From Malacoraja senta (lineage: Eukaryota): a DNA stretch of 64,000 nucleotides. The position numbers and the translations under genes were made by a program. This document shows, in pieces, positions 14,473 to 28,091 of the stretch. Location of the stretch: the NCBI GenBank assembly GCA_038087875.1, contig CM075986.1, positions 17,608,001-17,672,000 on the forward strand. Reading direction: 5' to 3'. Every line of letters begins with the position of its first letter. Within the stretch, counting starts at the first letter, position 1. Under the pieces are notes generated by a model. The model made no database searches, was not told where the DNA came from, and worked only from the letters and a program-made list of their open reading frames with translations.

Positions 14473-16063
14473 CAGTGCACTCCATAATGTTTGGGACAAA
14501 GAGCCGTCCTTTATTGATTTATAATAGAAAAATCACATGTGGTTAAAGAGCAAATTGTCAGATTTTAATAAAGGCCATTTTTATACATTTTGGTTTCACC
14601 ATGCAAAAATTACATGTGTTTATACATAGTTCCCCCCGATTTCAGGCCACATAATGTTTGGGACACATGGCTTCACAGGCGATGGTAATTGCTCAAGTGT
14701 GTTTAATTGCCTCCTTAATTCAGGTATCAGCATCTAGTCTTTCCTCCGGTGTTTCCATCACCTTTGGAAACTTTTATTGTTGTTTATCAACACGAGGACC
14801 AAAGTTGTGCCAATGAAAGTCAAAGCAGCCATTATGAGATTGAGAAACAAGAATAAAACTGTTAGAGACATCAGCCAAACCTTAGGGTGACCAAAATCAA
14901 CTGTTTGGAACATCATTAAGAAGAAAGAGCACTGGTGAGCTTACTAATCGCAAAGGGACTGCCAGGCCAAGGAAGACCTCCACAGCTGATGACAGAAGAA
15001 TTATCTCTTTAATAAAGAAAAATCCCCCAACACCTGTCCGCCAGAAACACTCTTCAGGAGTCAGGTGTGGATTTATCAATGACCACTGTCCGCAGAAGAC
15101 TTCATGAACAGAAATAGAGGCTACACTGTAAGATGCAAACCACTGGTTTTCCGCAAAAATAGGGTGGCCAGGTTAGTTTGACAAGAAGTACTTAAAAGAG
15201 CAATCACAGTTCTGGAAAAGGGTCTCGTGTGCAGATGAGACGAAGATTAACTTGTATTAGAATGATGGCAAGAGCAAAGTATGGAGTAGAGAAGGAACTG
15301 CCCAAGATCCAAAGCACAACACCTCATCTGTGAAACACGGTGGTGGGGTGTTACGGCCTGGGCATGAATGGCTGCTGAAGGTACTGGCTCACTTATCTTC
15401 ATTGATGATACAACTGCTGATGGTAGTAGCATAATTAATTCTGAAGTGTGTAGACACATCCTATCTGCTCAAGTTCAAACAAATGACTTAAAACTCATTG
15501 GCCGGCAGTTCATTCTACAGCAAGACAATGATCCCAAACATACCGGTAAAGCAACAAAGGAGTTTTTCCAAAGCTAAAAAATGATCAATTATTATGGCCA
15601 AGTCAATCACCTGATCTGAACCCAATTGCCTTATATGCTGAAGAGAAAACTGAAGGGGACTGGCCCCCAAAACAAGCATTAGTTAAAGATGGCTGCAATA
15701 CAGACCTGGCAGAGCATCATCAGAGAAGACACCCAGCAATTAGTGATGTCCACGAATCGCAGACTTCAAGCAGTCATTGCATGCAAAGGATATGTAACAA
15801 AATGCTAAACATGACTACTTTAATTTACATGACATTGTTGTGTCCCAAACATTATGGTGCCCTGAAATGGGGGACCATGTATAAACATTGCTGTAATTTC
15901 TACATGGTGAAACCAAAATGTATAAAAATGGCCTTTATTAAAATCTGACAATGTGCACTTTTACCATATGTGATTTTTTTTCTATTACAAATCTCAAATT
16001 GTGGAGTACAGAGGCAAATAAATAAATTATGGGCCTTTGTCCCAAACATTATGGAGGGCACTG
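14473..16063 (+). mobile_element. Tc1-family DNA transposon (IR/DR type) with a decayed transposase (about 14792-15808)
   Basis: TA TSD; TIRs CAGTGCACTCCATAATGTTTGGGACAAAG and CTTTGTCCCAAACATTATGGAGGGCACTG with internal direct repeats. DDE remnants DETK, QQDNDPKH and SPDLNPI with stops and frameshifts. Confidence 0.95.
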
Positions 16064-16695
16064 TATAGTAATAAATTAATTCCTTATAAAAAAATCTCCA
16101 CTAGCTTTACTGGGAAAGAGCAAGTGCTGTATTATTGTTCATAGGCTTAATGCAATCGTGGCAACTATCAATGATGCTTACAAATTATAACGTTATCTTA
16201 GAAATTAAGAAAAAAAGTTGTTAACATTTACCCAAACTGATTGCTATTGGTTTATTATTGTCACAGTAAGTGAAAACAGTGAAAAACTCTTGTTTGTGCT
16301 ATTCAATTAAATCAGACCATAATGTACATGAGTACAGTGAAGACATACACAAGTATAACAGGTAGTACAAAGAGAAAAATAACAAAGTGACAATAGAATT
16401 GTTGGATGCATTATTCCACGGGTTCATCATTCAAGATCTGTGTGTGTTCAAGATTACATTTGGGCTTTGTTCTTGAGTTTCAAATAAAAACTGTAAAGTT
16501 TTTATTTGAAACTTGGCCGTTATTCACGCGACAGGCCGGTAGTACCCAGTTTATGATATTTACCCAGTTTATGATATTTATGGTGATTTTCTAAAATGTT
16601 CCCGTTTCTTGAGTGGTGCTAGCAATTGGAAAACTACAGATGTAATGCCCCTATTCAAAAAAAGAGGTGAATGAAAAGTAGCAAGCTGTATAATC

Positions 16696-16912
16696 TGTAG
16701 GAAGGAACTGCAGATGCTAGTTTAAATTGAAGATAGACACAAAATGCAGGAGTAACTCGGCGGGACCGGCAGCATCTCTGGAGAGAAGGAATGGTTGATG
16801 TTTCGGGTCGAGACTCTTCAGTCTGAAGAAGGGTCTCGAGACGAAACGTCATCCATTGCTTCTCTCCAGAGATGCTGCCGTTCCCGCTGAGTTACTCCAG
16901 CATTTTGTATCA
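16696..16912. mobile_element. Palindromic Penelope pLTR-derived element with hammerhead-like core (16823-16850)
   Basis: Inverted arms; CTGAAGA-AGGGTCTCGAGAC-GAAAC-GTC. Confidence 0.75.
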
Positions 16913-17143
16913 CTTATCTGGTTTGCTTTTCCATTTCTACCAACCGCACCCCTTCTCATGTCATTCGTTCATCCAGCTGTAGGAGATTCAACATTTGTCT
17001 TGTTAACCTCTTCTTTACCCACAATCCAGGGACCCAAGCAGTCATTGCAAGTGAAGCATCAATTCACTTTTGCACTTTCTGGTTTAGTACATTTTGGTGT
17101 TCACCACGTAGTTTTCCCTACGAAACTGTGCAAATTTGTAAAT

Positions 17144-17500
17144 CGCGCGCACTTATATCCATGACGAGTAAAAGGCAGGCCGACTGCGTATGGGCGGCGC
17201 ATGGTTACATAATCATGCGTCACCACGCACTATACGTACGAGGTCAGGACGACTGCTTGTGACCGCAATACGCCTGCGTGCGACCGCAATACGGCTGCGT
17301 GCGTACGCGATACATCACGCCAGAGGCGCGCAAAGATTTTGTGCCCTACAAAATCCTGGAGCGCCGCGTGATACCGCGCGCAACTCCATACCCCTCCGCG
17401 CTTCTCCATGCGACCGTCCCGCGTGGCCCACACACTACCCGTGCGTCTCAATGAGGTCGCGTAAATGGCGCGCAAATGACGGCCAAGTGGGACAGGCCCT
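17144..17500. mobile_element. Truncated PIF/Harbinger-like MITE (one TIR)
   Basis: Ends in GTGGGACAGGCCCT; subterminal sequence is homologous to the 57066 element. Confidence 0.65.
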
Positions 17501-17595
17501 TGGGCCTCAGTTACATTCTGCAAAGATAACAGTTATTAACATTACAATTAAACAGTCCACATATCATAGATCATTATTTTTTCTTTAACATTTTA

Positions 17596-17772
<177 letters not shown>

Positions 17773-18314
17773 TTAAACGGTTATCTCAATGTTTAATGAA
17801 TGCTTCAATCATCACCTTGACATCTTCATTATAATACCAACAATCTAGATAATGGCAAACCAAATAAAGGAAGACAAATTCATTGAGCAAGATCTACAAG
17901 TAAATTAAGACAACTTGATTGAGAGAGATCCAAATCAGAATATAATGCAAACTTTCAAAAACCACATAAAAGGGGATTTCTACAATATTGTCTTTCTACT
18001 ACAGTTGCACATTCACGATGATCTGTAGATGCAGCTTTGGAAATTCCACAAAGCTGCTTCCGATTTATATAGTATTTCCCTCTCCAAACTCCCACCACCC
18101 AAACATAAATTGAGTTTATAACATATTTCTGCAATTATGAATATGAAATGGGAGGAGCTCCAAGAAATCAGATTGCTTTGTTGTTGCAAAATATATTAAT
18201 GAAATTTAGTGCAGAGTTATATACATTAATTTTAGAACCAATAGATATTCCACCAGTCAGTGCATACAGTCATGCTGAAAAGCACCCTGACTAAAGAAGG
18301 TAAGCCCCAGACTA

Positions 18315-18539
<225 letters not shown>

Positions 18540-21500
18540 TTATACAAAGCTGGAAAAAAAAAATAGATGGCACATTGTCAAGTTTTTGTCACCAAAGTAA
18601 ATCTCATTCAGAACAATCAGAATGCGGATCGCAATTTAAGGCTTATAAAATATTTAATGTACCATTAATTCTTGCCCAATCTCTGCCCATCTCCTCCAAA
18701 AGGTATGCTTAAAAACTCAAAAAGAGTTTACAAAAACAAAGAGATATTTTAACTTACAAAATCCACAACATAGAATTTCAGAAATATTGTGAACTTTCAG
18801 GAAATGAAACAATCCTTCAAACAGAATTGCGGGTAAGTACATTGTACATATTTCTATGCAACTGTCACTTTAGGGAAATGCTTACTTATCTGACAGTTTC
18901 TCCTATCTATATATAAATAAAACGTTTTTGTTAGTTCTGAACCAAATTCCTATTACATGTGATAACTGATATAGTATGAATAACATTGAAGTGCCTGAAA
19001 ATTAATTGCTATTACCTACAGTAAAATAAGCTTGCAGGCAATCGATATATAGAGGGATTCAATGACATGTTGCTTTTTGTTTGTATATAACAATGAGCCA
19101 CACACAGGGGAAGATTATTGAATGATTTTGTAATAAAATGTTTACATAAACAAACAGCGATTCTTTACAAGTCATATCTCAAAATGGAGGAGATGGCAAG
19201 ATTGGTTATTTCCAAGAAATGGCCCATTCTCTTTCCTTTTGGCAAATACAGTAGCCCTAACAGATAGTTAAGCCATTTCCAACTTGTCGTAGGTGAGAAA
19301 TAAACAACTAATTTCAGACATTGCATGGTTGTTCCTACAAAATATTTGATCACTAGTCACCCCTTCCAAAATAGTCAGATATAGAAAGAAAATATTCCAA
19401 TTGTTTTTGGCAGAAATAGACAAGTCTCCCTTGAATTATCAGACCAAATGCAAATATATACATATTAGGTGTAGGTTTACTATTGTCACTTGCACTGAGA
19501 TAGTGAGAATTGAGAGATAACACTAAGCTCCCTCAGACTCCAAATGTGAATAAACCAACCTCAAATTCCAATTGCAACCTAGGTAATTTAAAGGACAACA
19601 TTTTTGGTTGTGTGTTATTCTGCATTATATTATGTTTTGCATACCATCATTAAAAGAAAAGTGATCTCACAACAGATGTCATTAGGCAGGGAGAATATTC
19701 TGGGTTCAAGAGCCATACTAAAGTCAAACATGAAATTCAAGATGTGCTGATGGACTACTAACGATGTCGGAGGTGCCATTGTTCAGGTGGCACATTAAAC
19801 TAAGGCATTGGTACAAAAACCACACCACCCTGGCCACGCTCTCATTTCACTATTGCCATCAGGAATACGATGTAGGAGTCTGAAAACTGGGAAGTCCAGG
19901 TTCAGGAGCACCTTCTTCCCATTAACCATTAGGCTATTAAATGCTACAACCTCCTAATAAACTGTGGACTACATAGACTTGGGGGGCATTGATTTTGGTG
20001 TGTGTGTATAATAAACAACAAGTTCATATATATATTTGGTGTTTATTATGGTATTTACAGGGTAGAATGTTTACATATCTGTTGTGCTGCTGCAATATGA
20101 ATTCGGGACATATGACAATAAAACGCTCTTAATTTGACCCAAGTACCCATTAATCAGATTTTAAAATTGTGTTTTGTCCTTTCTATACACGTTAAAATTA
20201 TTACATTTATAGAAATTTGAAATGTAAAAGAATCGGTCCAACATTAGCCCAAAAAGGTGGGAGGCCTCAACACCATCATTAAAACAGAAAACAAGGTATG
20301 ATTTTGGCAATGTTTACATAGACATTGTCAAAATTAAAAATCATCTTGATTTCAAAAATGCAAACACCTGGCACAAGTAGAGTTCTTCCATACAGTAATA
20401 GATTTCTTATCAATTAAAAGCTGATGGAATTAGATTTAATACAAGTGTTTATATTCCACCTCTGGTTTAGAATGGAGAACCGATTTCAGAGCTAACTTAT
20501 GACAAAATTAATTTTCAAGTAACCGAGTTCAAATACAAACTCAGAGCAACATAAAATACATATTTGGCATGAGGAACCCAAACTGTCCTGTGAAGCACAA
20601 GATTTTTTCCAATGTGCAGTTTAATATACTGTTCACGGCTATTTTCTGAATTTGCATCACTCTGTCTAGGCAAACAACAAGTTTCCTAAATGCCTACACC
20701 TAAAGTTGATCAAAATCCATAAAGTAGTGATACGTGTTTTCAAAAAGATTTACTACCCCAGATGCTGGGTTTCGGGGAAAGCCCCACTCATGCGGAAAGA
20801 TTACGTTTCCAAGTGGGCTAAATTAAAATTCCATCATTTGTGGGATCAAACAAACAAAAATGTAAATAGCCAGACCTTAAGTGGTAGACCGCTTTCCTGA
20901 AAGAATATTAGCCAGTCAGTAGATTTTTAAAAACATTCTTCTGGCGGTAATTTCATTATTGACATACCAGCTTTATATATTTAAAAAATTCAGAATGTAA
21001 TTACTCATATTTAAATGGTTCCCCTGATCTTATAGGATCCAAATATGCCCATAATCAACAATGCTAGCGTCTGGATGCCCATACTGTAGTAAACTAAAGA
21101 GCTACTGTCAATGATACCAAACATGAATACATTTCAAAATGTGATTGACAAATGGGGTGCAAGTTAAGTCACAATATTGACGCAATTATAGTGATCGTTA
21201 TTTGGCAGCAAAGCATCTACAGTAGGCAATAAAAAGTCACCAAACTTGAAACAGATGCCATATGTGGTATCTCCCCCTCCACATCGTTTATATCATTTTA
21301 TTTTCTATTGTGAGCTCAGATAAACTCACACAATATTTAGTTTAGAGATACAGCATAGAAACATGCCCTTTGGCCCACTATTTCCACACCATCCATTGAT
21401 CACCTGTTCACACTAGTTCTGTTATCCCACTTTCGCATCCACTCCCTATGTACTAGGGGCATTTTACAGAAGGCAAATTAACCTACAATAAAAGGAGGGA

Positions 21501-22544
21501 TTTTTGCAGAAAAGAAAATACTTCTCTGATTGGATTTACAATCTACATAATATGTGAGCAATAATCAGTGATAATTTTAAATAAGTAAGCACAACTAAAA
21601 TGATCAAAATGATCATTGCAATTTAAAATTGTAGTTAATCACAGAGGAACACAGATTGGTGCCTCTACCAATAGCAAGGATGCGAGATTAGTTTAATCGT
21701 CCTTTGTCATCTCTGCTATCTGCTTATCATGAATCACAAAATCAAACTGCTTTGTGTGCAAGGAAAGGCAGACCTTTCATCCTATGAAGACACAAGGAAC
21801 TGCAGATGCTGGTATATTAAAAAAAAAGACACAAAGTGCTTGAGGCAGCAGTCCTAAAGAACATGAATAGTCACGATTTGGGTGGGAACCCTTTTTCGCT
21901 CTTATATTGTTTCTCGCCACCACCCCCCCCCTCAGAGACCTATATCGGCAGAATTGGTTGCACTGCCAACCACTTAAGCCATAAGTGAGCATATTCACAA
22001 AAAAGTTCAGCCTGAAGAAGGGCTCCAACCTGAAACGCCACTTATCCATGGTCTCCTGAGATGCTGCCTGACCCACTGAGTTACTCCAACATTTTGTCTT
22101 TCTTTGGTATAAACTAGCATCTGAAGTTCATTATTACTTCACAGAACATTTCATGGTTTTTAATCAATATAAAATGCACATGCTTGATGCATGGGGAAAT
22201 AAAAACAAACGGTTAGTTGGCTAAGGTTACCATTTTAAAAATAAACCGATAGCCAAGGTCACAACCTATAAACCTAACCGTCTGATTGAAAGTGAACAGG
22301 TGGTCAGTGTCAGTACTCATGAAAGCATTGAAGTGACAGCATGTTTACATCTTCTCCAGCCCTACTTGCATTAGGCCACATACATTTGTAAATTAATTCC
22401 CCATTTTTAAACTTCAGAAGATGAGGCATACAAATTAATGATAACTACGAGTATGCCGTTATAAATTACTTTTGCTGACACAATACAACCAGGTAAACTC
22501 AATAAGAGAAATAGAACAAACTAAACGGTGATCAAGATGTAGAT

Positions 22545-23320
22545 ACAATGAACTGCAGATACTGGTTTAGACCAAAAATAGACACAAAGTGCTGGAGTAA
22601 CTCAACGGGTCAGGCAGCAACTCTGGAGAAAAAGGGTGGGTGACGTTTCAGGTTGGGACCCTTCTTCAGTTCGAAAATTGGGGGTGGGTGGGGGGGAGTG
22701 AAGAGCTGGAGGCGAGAATGGAACAGGACCAATGAGGACTGGCCACAAATGATCTCAGGCTAGGGAAGGTGTAATCTCAAGAGGGAGACAAAGTGGAGAA
22801 CTGTGGAAATGGTAAAACGACTAGCGTGGAAGGAGGGGGCATGTGGGAGAAGAGTATAAATAGAAGTCACTTAAAATTAAGGAATTCATTGTTCATACTG
22901 CTGGGTTTTGAGCTCCACAGGCGAGATATGAGGTGCTGTTCCTCCAGTTTACGTGTGGCCTCCCTCTGGCAAATGGAGGAGGCCCAGGACAGAAAGGTCA
23001 GTGTGGGAATGGGAAGAGTTGAAATTGTTGGCAACCGGAAAATCTCGTAGACTTAGATTTTTCCCTAGTTATTCCGTGGTCTACGAGTGCATTGAGAGGA
23101 ATCTTTTTGTATCTAATCATGAAAGTTGAACCTATCCGAGTTATAAATAAAAAATTGGAAACTATTAACAACCAGGCTTTGTCCTGCCCATCCTTTCTTC
23201 CTTCCGCCCCAACCCGCCCAACAAACACTCTGACTAAGGGTCCCAACCCAAAATGACACTATCCATGTTCTCCCGAGATGCTGCCTGACCTGCTGAGTTA
23301 CTCCAGTGCTTTGTATCTTC
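22545..23320 (-). mobile_element. Penelope-like remnant: pLTR, ORF C-terminus and an inverted pLTR piece
   Basis: 22870-23040 is a reverse-strand homolog of the 5570-5720 peptide. Hammerhead core on the minus strand at 22642-22669. Confidence 0.7.
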
Positions 23321-26079
23321 TTAAGTGGTTGGAACTGTCAGGTACAGTTGCTGTAAGTGTGATTACAGGTAGAAATGGAGCAATACACATAACAGTAAAT
23401 TACTTCTAACCATTACAAGCACACATATCACAAGAGTAATCTTAGAGTAAATTACACCAATACTATAAATATTCAACAAGTCTAGCAGTATCTGCGGAGG
23501 GGAAAACATGTTAATGGTTCAGATCAAAGATCTTCGTCAAAATCAGAAAGTAGTTACAAATCAAATGTTTTAAATTTCAAATGGGGAACTAGAGAATGAC
23601 ACAATTGGGGAAATGTTGATTTTAACAAGTTCATTGGGCTGTGATAGTTGGTTTCAGAATAGGCCGATTCCGATGAAAGATTTACCTATCTACACCGGCC
23701 AACTTTGTTTTCATCTTTCCATAGATACTGCCCAACATTAACTTATTTCAGATTTCCAGCAACTAGTCTTACATATCCCAAAATGCAGTTCCAGTGTCAG
23801 TTTTTCCCTTTACTCCCTCTCTTAGAGTAGCAGCAATTGACAAGCCTTCACACCCCAATGCATCATGACTATTTATATCAATCCTGTTCGCTCTCCGCAC
23901 ATACTGTCTGACCTACTGAGTATTTCTGTGATCTTTAATTTTAATTTCAAACATCATGCACCTCCAATTTTCTTGAATTTTGATAATAAAATTAAAGCTG
24001 CATGATGGCTATATGAGGCACCAACAATCATCCCGAGGCACCAACAACCTTCCTAGCACATAACCAAAGTTTAAATATAAAATCTGTACATAGCATGTGA
24101 TATAAAAGAATCAATAAAAGGAAAGAAATGGCAAAAGAAATGGAAAAGAAACAGCAAAAATGCTATTGAGAAACACATAATATACTTGAATTCCCAGAAT
24201 TTTATCGGTTTAATGAATAGGAAGGCTGCAATGACACAGAATTCCTGTTCATGAGAAACTGAATTTTTGGAATAACCAGCAATTAATTTCAAAAAACTGA
24301 ATATCCTTCCTCATTCTTGTAAACTCAAGCAAATAAGATTGCAACTTCACGATTTTGTTTTAGTTTCAAAATTATTTTATAAAATTCAACTTCAACTGTG
24401 GGCTCAATGAAGTTGCATTCACAATGATTTGTTACCCAAATGATTTGCTTGAAATAGCACAAAAGTCTGAATTGTATTTGCTCTGACTGAAATACAGTAC
24501 TTTTCAAATTGACCTGGCTATTCTGGGATTAGTTAGCATTGGAATAGCATACAAACCTTTTCACCCTTCGTGGTTAGTTTTGATACACCAAAAAAAGCAG
24601 CCTTTGGGTTTGCATTAACATCACAGTATTTTGGAACCACTCAATCATTTGTGTTATGAACTGTGTACCAACAAATAAATCGTGAAGTGGGAAGAGGGAA
24701 ATGACTCACTAATTTAATGAAATATTACTTTACCTCTGATAATCAAAATGTCTCCACAGCTTTCTCAAGAGAGAGGATGCCTTTTCTGTACTCCAATACT
24801 GAAACACAAAATGAATAATTGGCGAATACATAACAACAATGATAGTTGATGCAGGGGTGCAGAAGATGGTGGGAAATTTTATGTTGAGATGAAGGGGAAT
24901 TACTAATCATAATGGAAATTAAAGTCCCCAAAGTAGAAAAACTGCCCAAAACAATAAATGTTAAGGAATTTATTTTAAATGATCTCATTTATGCACAACA
25001 TAAAATTGTTCCCTTTAACGAACTGCACAATTTGGCAAGTGTTTCATCAATTATCCTGCAATGGATGGATGGACACAAGCATTCAAAGTACTCTCTTTTC
25101 TGACCAACGTCATTAAGACATTCAAATGCTAACAATTTTCTTAGATGCTCAAGAAATGCACTAGATTTTACTTAGGGAATTAAAATTCCCTAACTTCAAT
25201 GACAGTACAAAAATTGTTATTCAGCTCTGATGACTTCTATAAAAAATCTCTTGATCATCCCTGTCACAACCCAGGAGGCTGTTACTGCACTGAAAGGTCA
25301 ACACCGTCAAACCAATTGTTTATTTAAAGGCCCGAAACACCAAAGCAGCTCCATCCTTTCTATGCTACTTTTAATAAACGAACAAAACATTAGCGAGATA
25401 TTTATGTAACAGGTTAAATGTATACCAGTAAACTGAAGATCAAACATGATCTTAGGCAACCTGCTGGAACCTCTCAAACTCTACAGCATTCACTAAAGTA
25501 GATAGTAAATAGCCGACCCTCGTCGTTTTATCTCTCGGTTTACTTACGTAAACTCGTTCAAAAATATCCCCAACTGAACTTGCAAGTGGTCAAGAATAAT
25601 TTACTAAACAGGGATATAGTTTGTGTTGACTTTGAATGCAGCAAAAACATAACAACTAACTAACAATTTCCATATTTCTCTCGCCCCCACCTCCCCCAAT
25701 CCCGGAACAAATCCTTATCCCCGGAGACATAGACATCAATATTTTTTAAACATCGCCACCGTCTACAGCATCTTACGTTTGCATGCTGCCAAAAAAAGTA
25801 AGACTATTATTCACTGACAAGTTATTCTACATATAGCTCACAGTTTAACAGAACAGACGGCAAAAAAACAAACTTGCCAAAGCCACTACTACACTTCCTG
25901 CAACTGACAACATTTCCATTAATGCCATCTCCTCCACGAGTAAAGCCGCGATGGTTTGTTTCTACATCTCGTTTCTCGTTCAGTTGATTTTTTAACACGA
26001 TTTTTTTTTTGTTATTCACAAAAAAAATTTCGGCCAAAGTATGATGAAAACCCTCATAAAAAAGTTGTGTTGTCATTCG

Positions 26080-26700
26080 TTCTCTGTGCGGTCGGCAGCG
26101 TGGACTCGGTTAGTAGGGGTTAGCAGGGAGAGGGGGTGTTGGGCCCGGGCCCAGGCCTGGCCCTCACCTACCCGAAGCCTCCGCCGGCGGAGCAGCACAA
26201 GTCCCGGCCTCAGTCCCCACACACCGTCTGCCCCATCCACGCTTCACAACCTTCGATCAGCCCGCAGTCGATCACAAAACCGGTTCGGAAAGGTTCCTGG
26301 AAGCTGAGAGACTTCAAGGAATGTCAATGTCTGTCAGTAAACCGACAGAAGCGCACCTCCCTCATCCCCTCCCCTGGGCCAACCTACCTTGCTCGCCCTG
26401 ATGGACAGCCGCGCCGACCATTCAGAAGCGGCCGCCCCATCCTCCTCTAGACACGCCCCTGAACGCCGGCCAATGGGGGCCGCGCGAAGGCGGGTTCAGG
26501 GTTCAAGTTTGGTTGACCGGTGCGGAGCGCGGTTATTCCCCGCGGCTGTTCCTTCCCGCCGACTCTCTCCCCCCGGCCGCTCATCCGCTGGCGCTGGGGA
26601 GAAGCCTCGCAGCGGAGGGAGGAGCGCCATGTATCTGGAATCACCGCGGCTGCGAAATCAGCTGAGTTACTGGCAGTGGTGACGCATCGGCCCGATGGCC
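26080..26700 (-). promoter_or_regulatory. STAT3: STAT3 CpG-island promoter and probable non-coding exon 1 (candidate donors at 26387, 26171 and 26167)
   Basis: Non-repeat GC/CpG-rich island upstream of exon 2. GC boxes at 26432-26460, CCAAT at 26470-26474, SBE-CRE element. Exon 1 limits cannot be fixed from sequence alone. Confidence 0.75.
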
Positions 26701-27316
26701 ATTGCCAGAGAACAAAGTAATGGCACTTGTGCTCAGCAATCAAAAACTTAGGAGTGTTTTATTGTCACATGTCTTATTTGCAGCAGCACAACAGGTTTGC
26801 AACGACAGTACTCGATAGATAATATAATAAAGAAACAAACAAAGGAGTTAAATAAATAAAGAAAACCCAATTTGTGCAAAATAAACAGTTGGAGATAGAC
26901 ACAGAAAGCTGGAGTAACTAACTCAATGGGACAGGCAGCATCTCTGGAGAGAAGAATGGGTGACTCAGTCTGAAGAAGGGTCACGACCCAAAACGTCACC
27001 ATTCCATCTTTCCAGAGATGCTGCCTGTGTTACTCCAGCATTTTGTGTCTATCTCCAGCTTTGTTTTGTTTTTTTGCACAAATTGGGTTTTCTTTATTTA
27101 TTGAACTTCTTTGTTTCTTTATTATATTATCTATTGAGTACTATCTTTGCAAACCTGTTGTGCTGCTGCAAATATGACATGTGACAATAAAACACTCCTA
27201 AGTTTTGATTGCTGAGCATGTGCCATCACTTTGTTCTCTGGCAATGGCCATCGGGCGATACGTCACCAGTGCCAGTAATTCAGCTGATTTCGCAGCCGCG
27301 GTGATTCCGGTACATG
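26628..27316. repeat. Large imperfect inverted repeat (arms about 26628-26964 and 26994-27316) centred on a Penelope pLTR remnant
   Basis: The right arm is the reverse complement of the left over about 320 bp, e.g. GAATCACCGCGGCTGCGAAATCAGCTGA versus TCAGCTGATTTCGCAGCCGCGGTGATTC. Confidence 0.95.
26658..26687 (-). promoter_or_regulatory. STAT3 autoregulatory SBE+CRE element (minus strand GCGTCACCACTGCCAGTAACTCAGCTGA)
   Basis: CRE-like TGACGCA at 26680-26686 next to a low-affinity SBE TGCCAGTAA at 26667-26675 and a CAGCTG box. Resembles the recalled mammalian STAT3 IL-6 response element (GTCACGCACTGCCAGGAACTCAGCTGA). Confidence 0.75.
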
Positions 27317-27499
27317 CTCAGCAACCTATATTTACAGTAGGTTTGCACATTAACTGGAGGCGGCTGATAATACAATCATTTGAATAAACAGCTGCTGTGA
27401 TAGAATCTAATTACTTATCAGAACAAAGGTCTGTCAAACATTATGTGCTCAGTATAAGCTGACAGGCTTCTGCAAATATTGCGAATCAGTATTATATAA

Positions 27500-27660
27500 C
27501 TAGACCAAGTGGGACCCATTGGGCCCCGTTCCCCCAACGCAATAATCCACCACTCACCCGTTCCCCCAACGCAACCCGCTTCCACCACTCAACCGTGTTT
27601 CCTACACAGCACAACGTTTCCTACTCAGCACCTTGATTCACAGTAGGTCGACGTTGGAAT
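27500..27660 (-). mobile_element. Helitron 3' end fragment
   Basis: Minus strand ends in hairpin GGGGCCCAATGGGTCCC then ACTTGGTCTAG|T; same terminus as 44028. Confidence 0.6.
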
Positions 27661-28091
27661 CATACAGAGGACACTAACTTTGTTCATAAACTTCTGGTTG
27701 TCTACCCTGCCACCCAAATACCCTGTACATTTCCTTGAAAAGTCGACCAAAAGTACATGGTGAATGGTGTCAGAGTAGGTTTGGAATAAAGACGGCTCCA
27801 TGTAGTCAACAAAGACAAAGCATTGTGAGGGCCCATGTGAGTGCCCATGATTACACTTTTAATTTGTAGAAAGTGGGAGGAATCAGAAAATAATTTGTTA
27901 CTGGTGAGAACAAGTTCCCTCATGTGGGGGAGAGGGTTAAGAGAGGGGAACTGGTTAGATGTAAGTTCTGGAAAGAAGCAGCGGGCCCTAAAGCCTTCAT
28001 GTCTGGATGGAGGTGTATGTAGACTGCATGTCTACGGTAAAGATGAAGCGGTAGGGCGCAGGGAATTGGAAATTAATGAAGTGGTGGATTT

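Noticed and set aside
14792-15808. Active Tc1 transposase
   Set aside because: The start codon is mutated to ACG, there are several stops and frameshifts, and the third catalytic residue region is deleted.
22642-22669. Active hammerhead in STAT3 intron 1 (sense strand)
   Set aside because: The core is intact, but the 5' strand of stem I is missing and there is no tandem partner for the dimeric fold.
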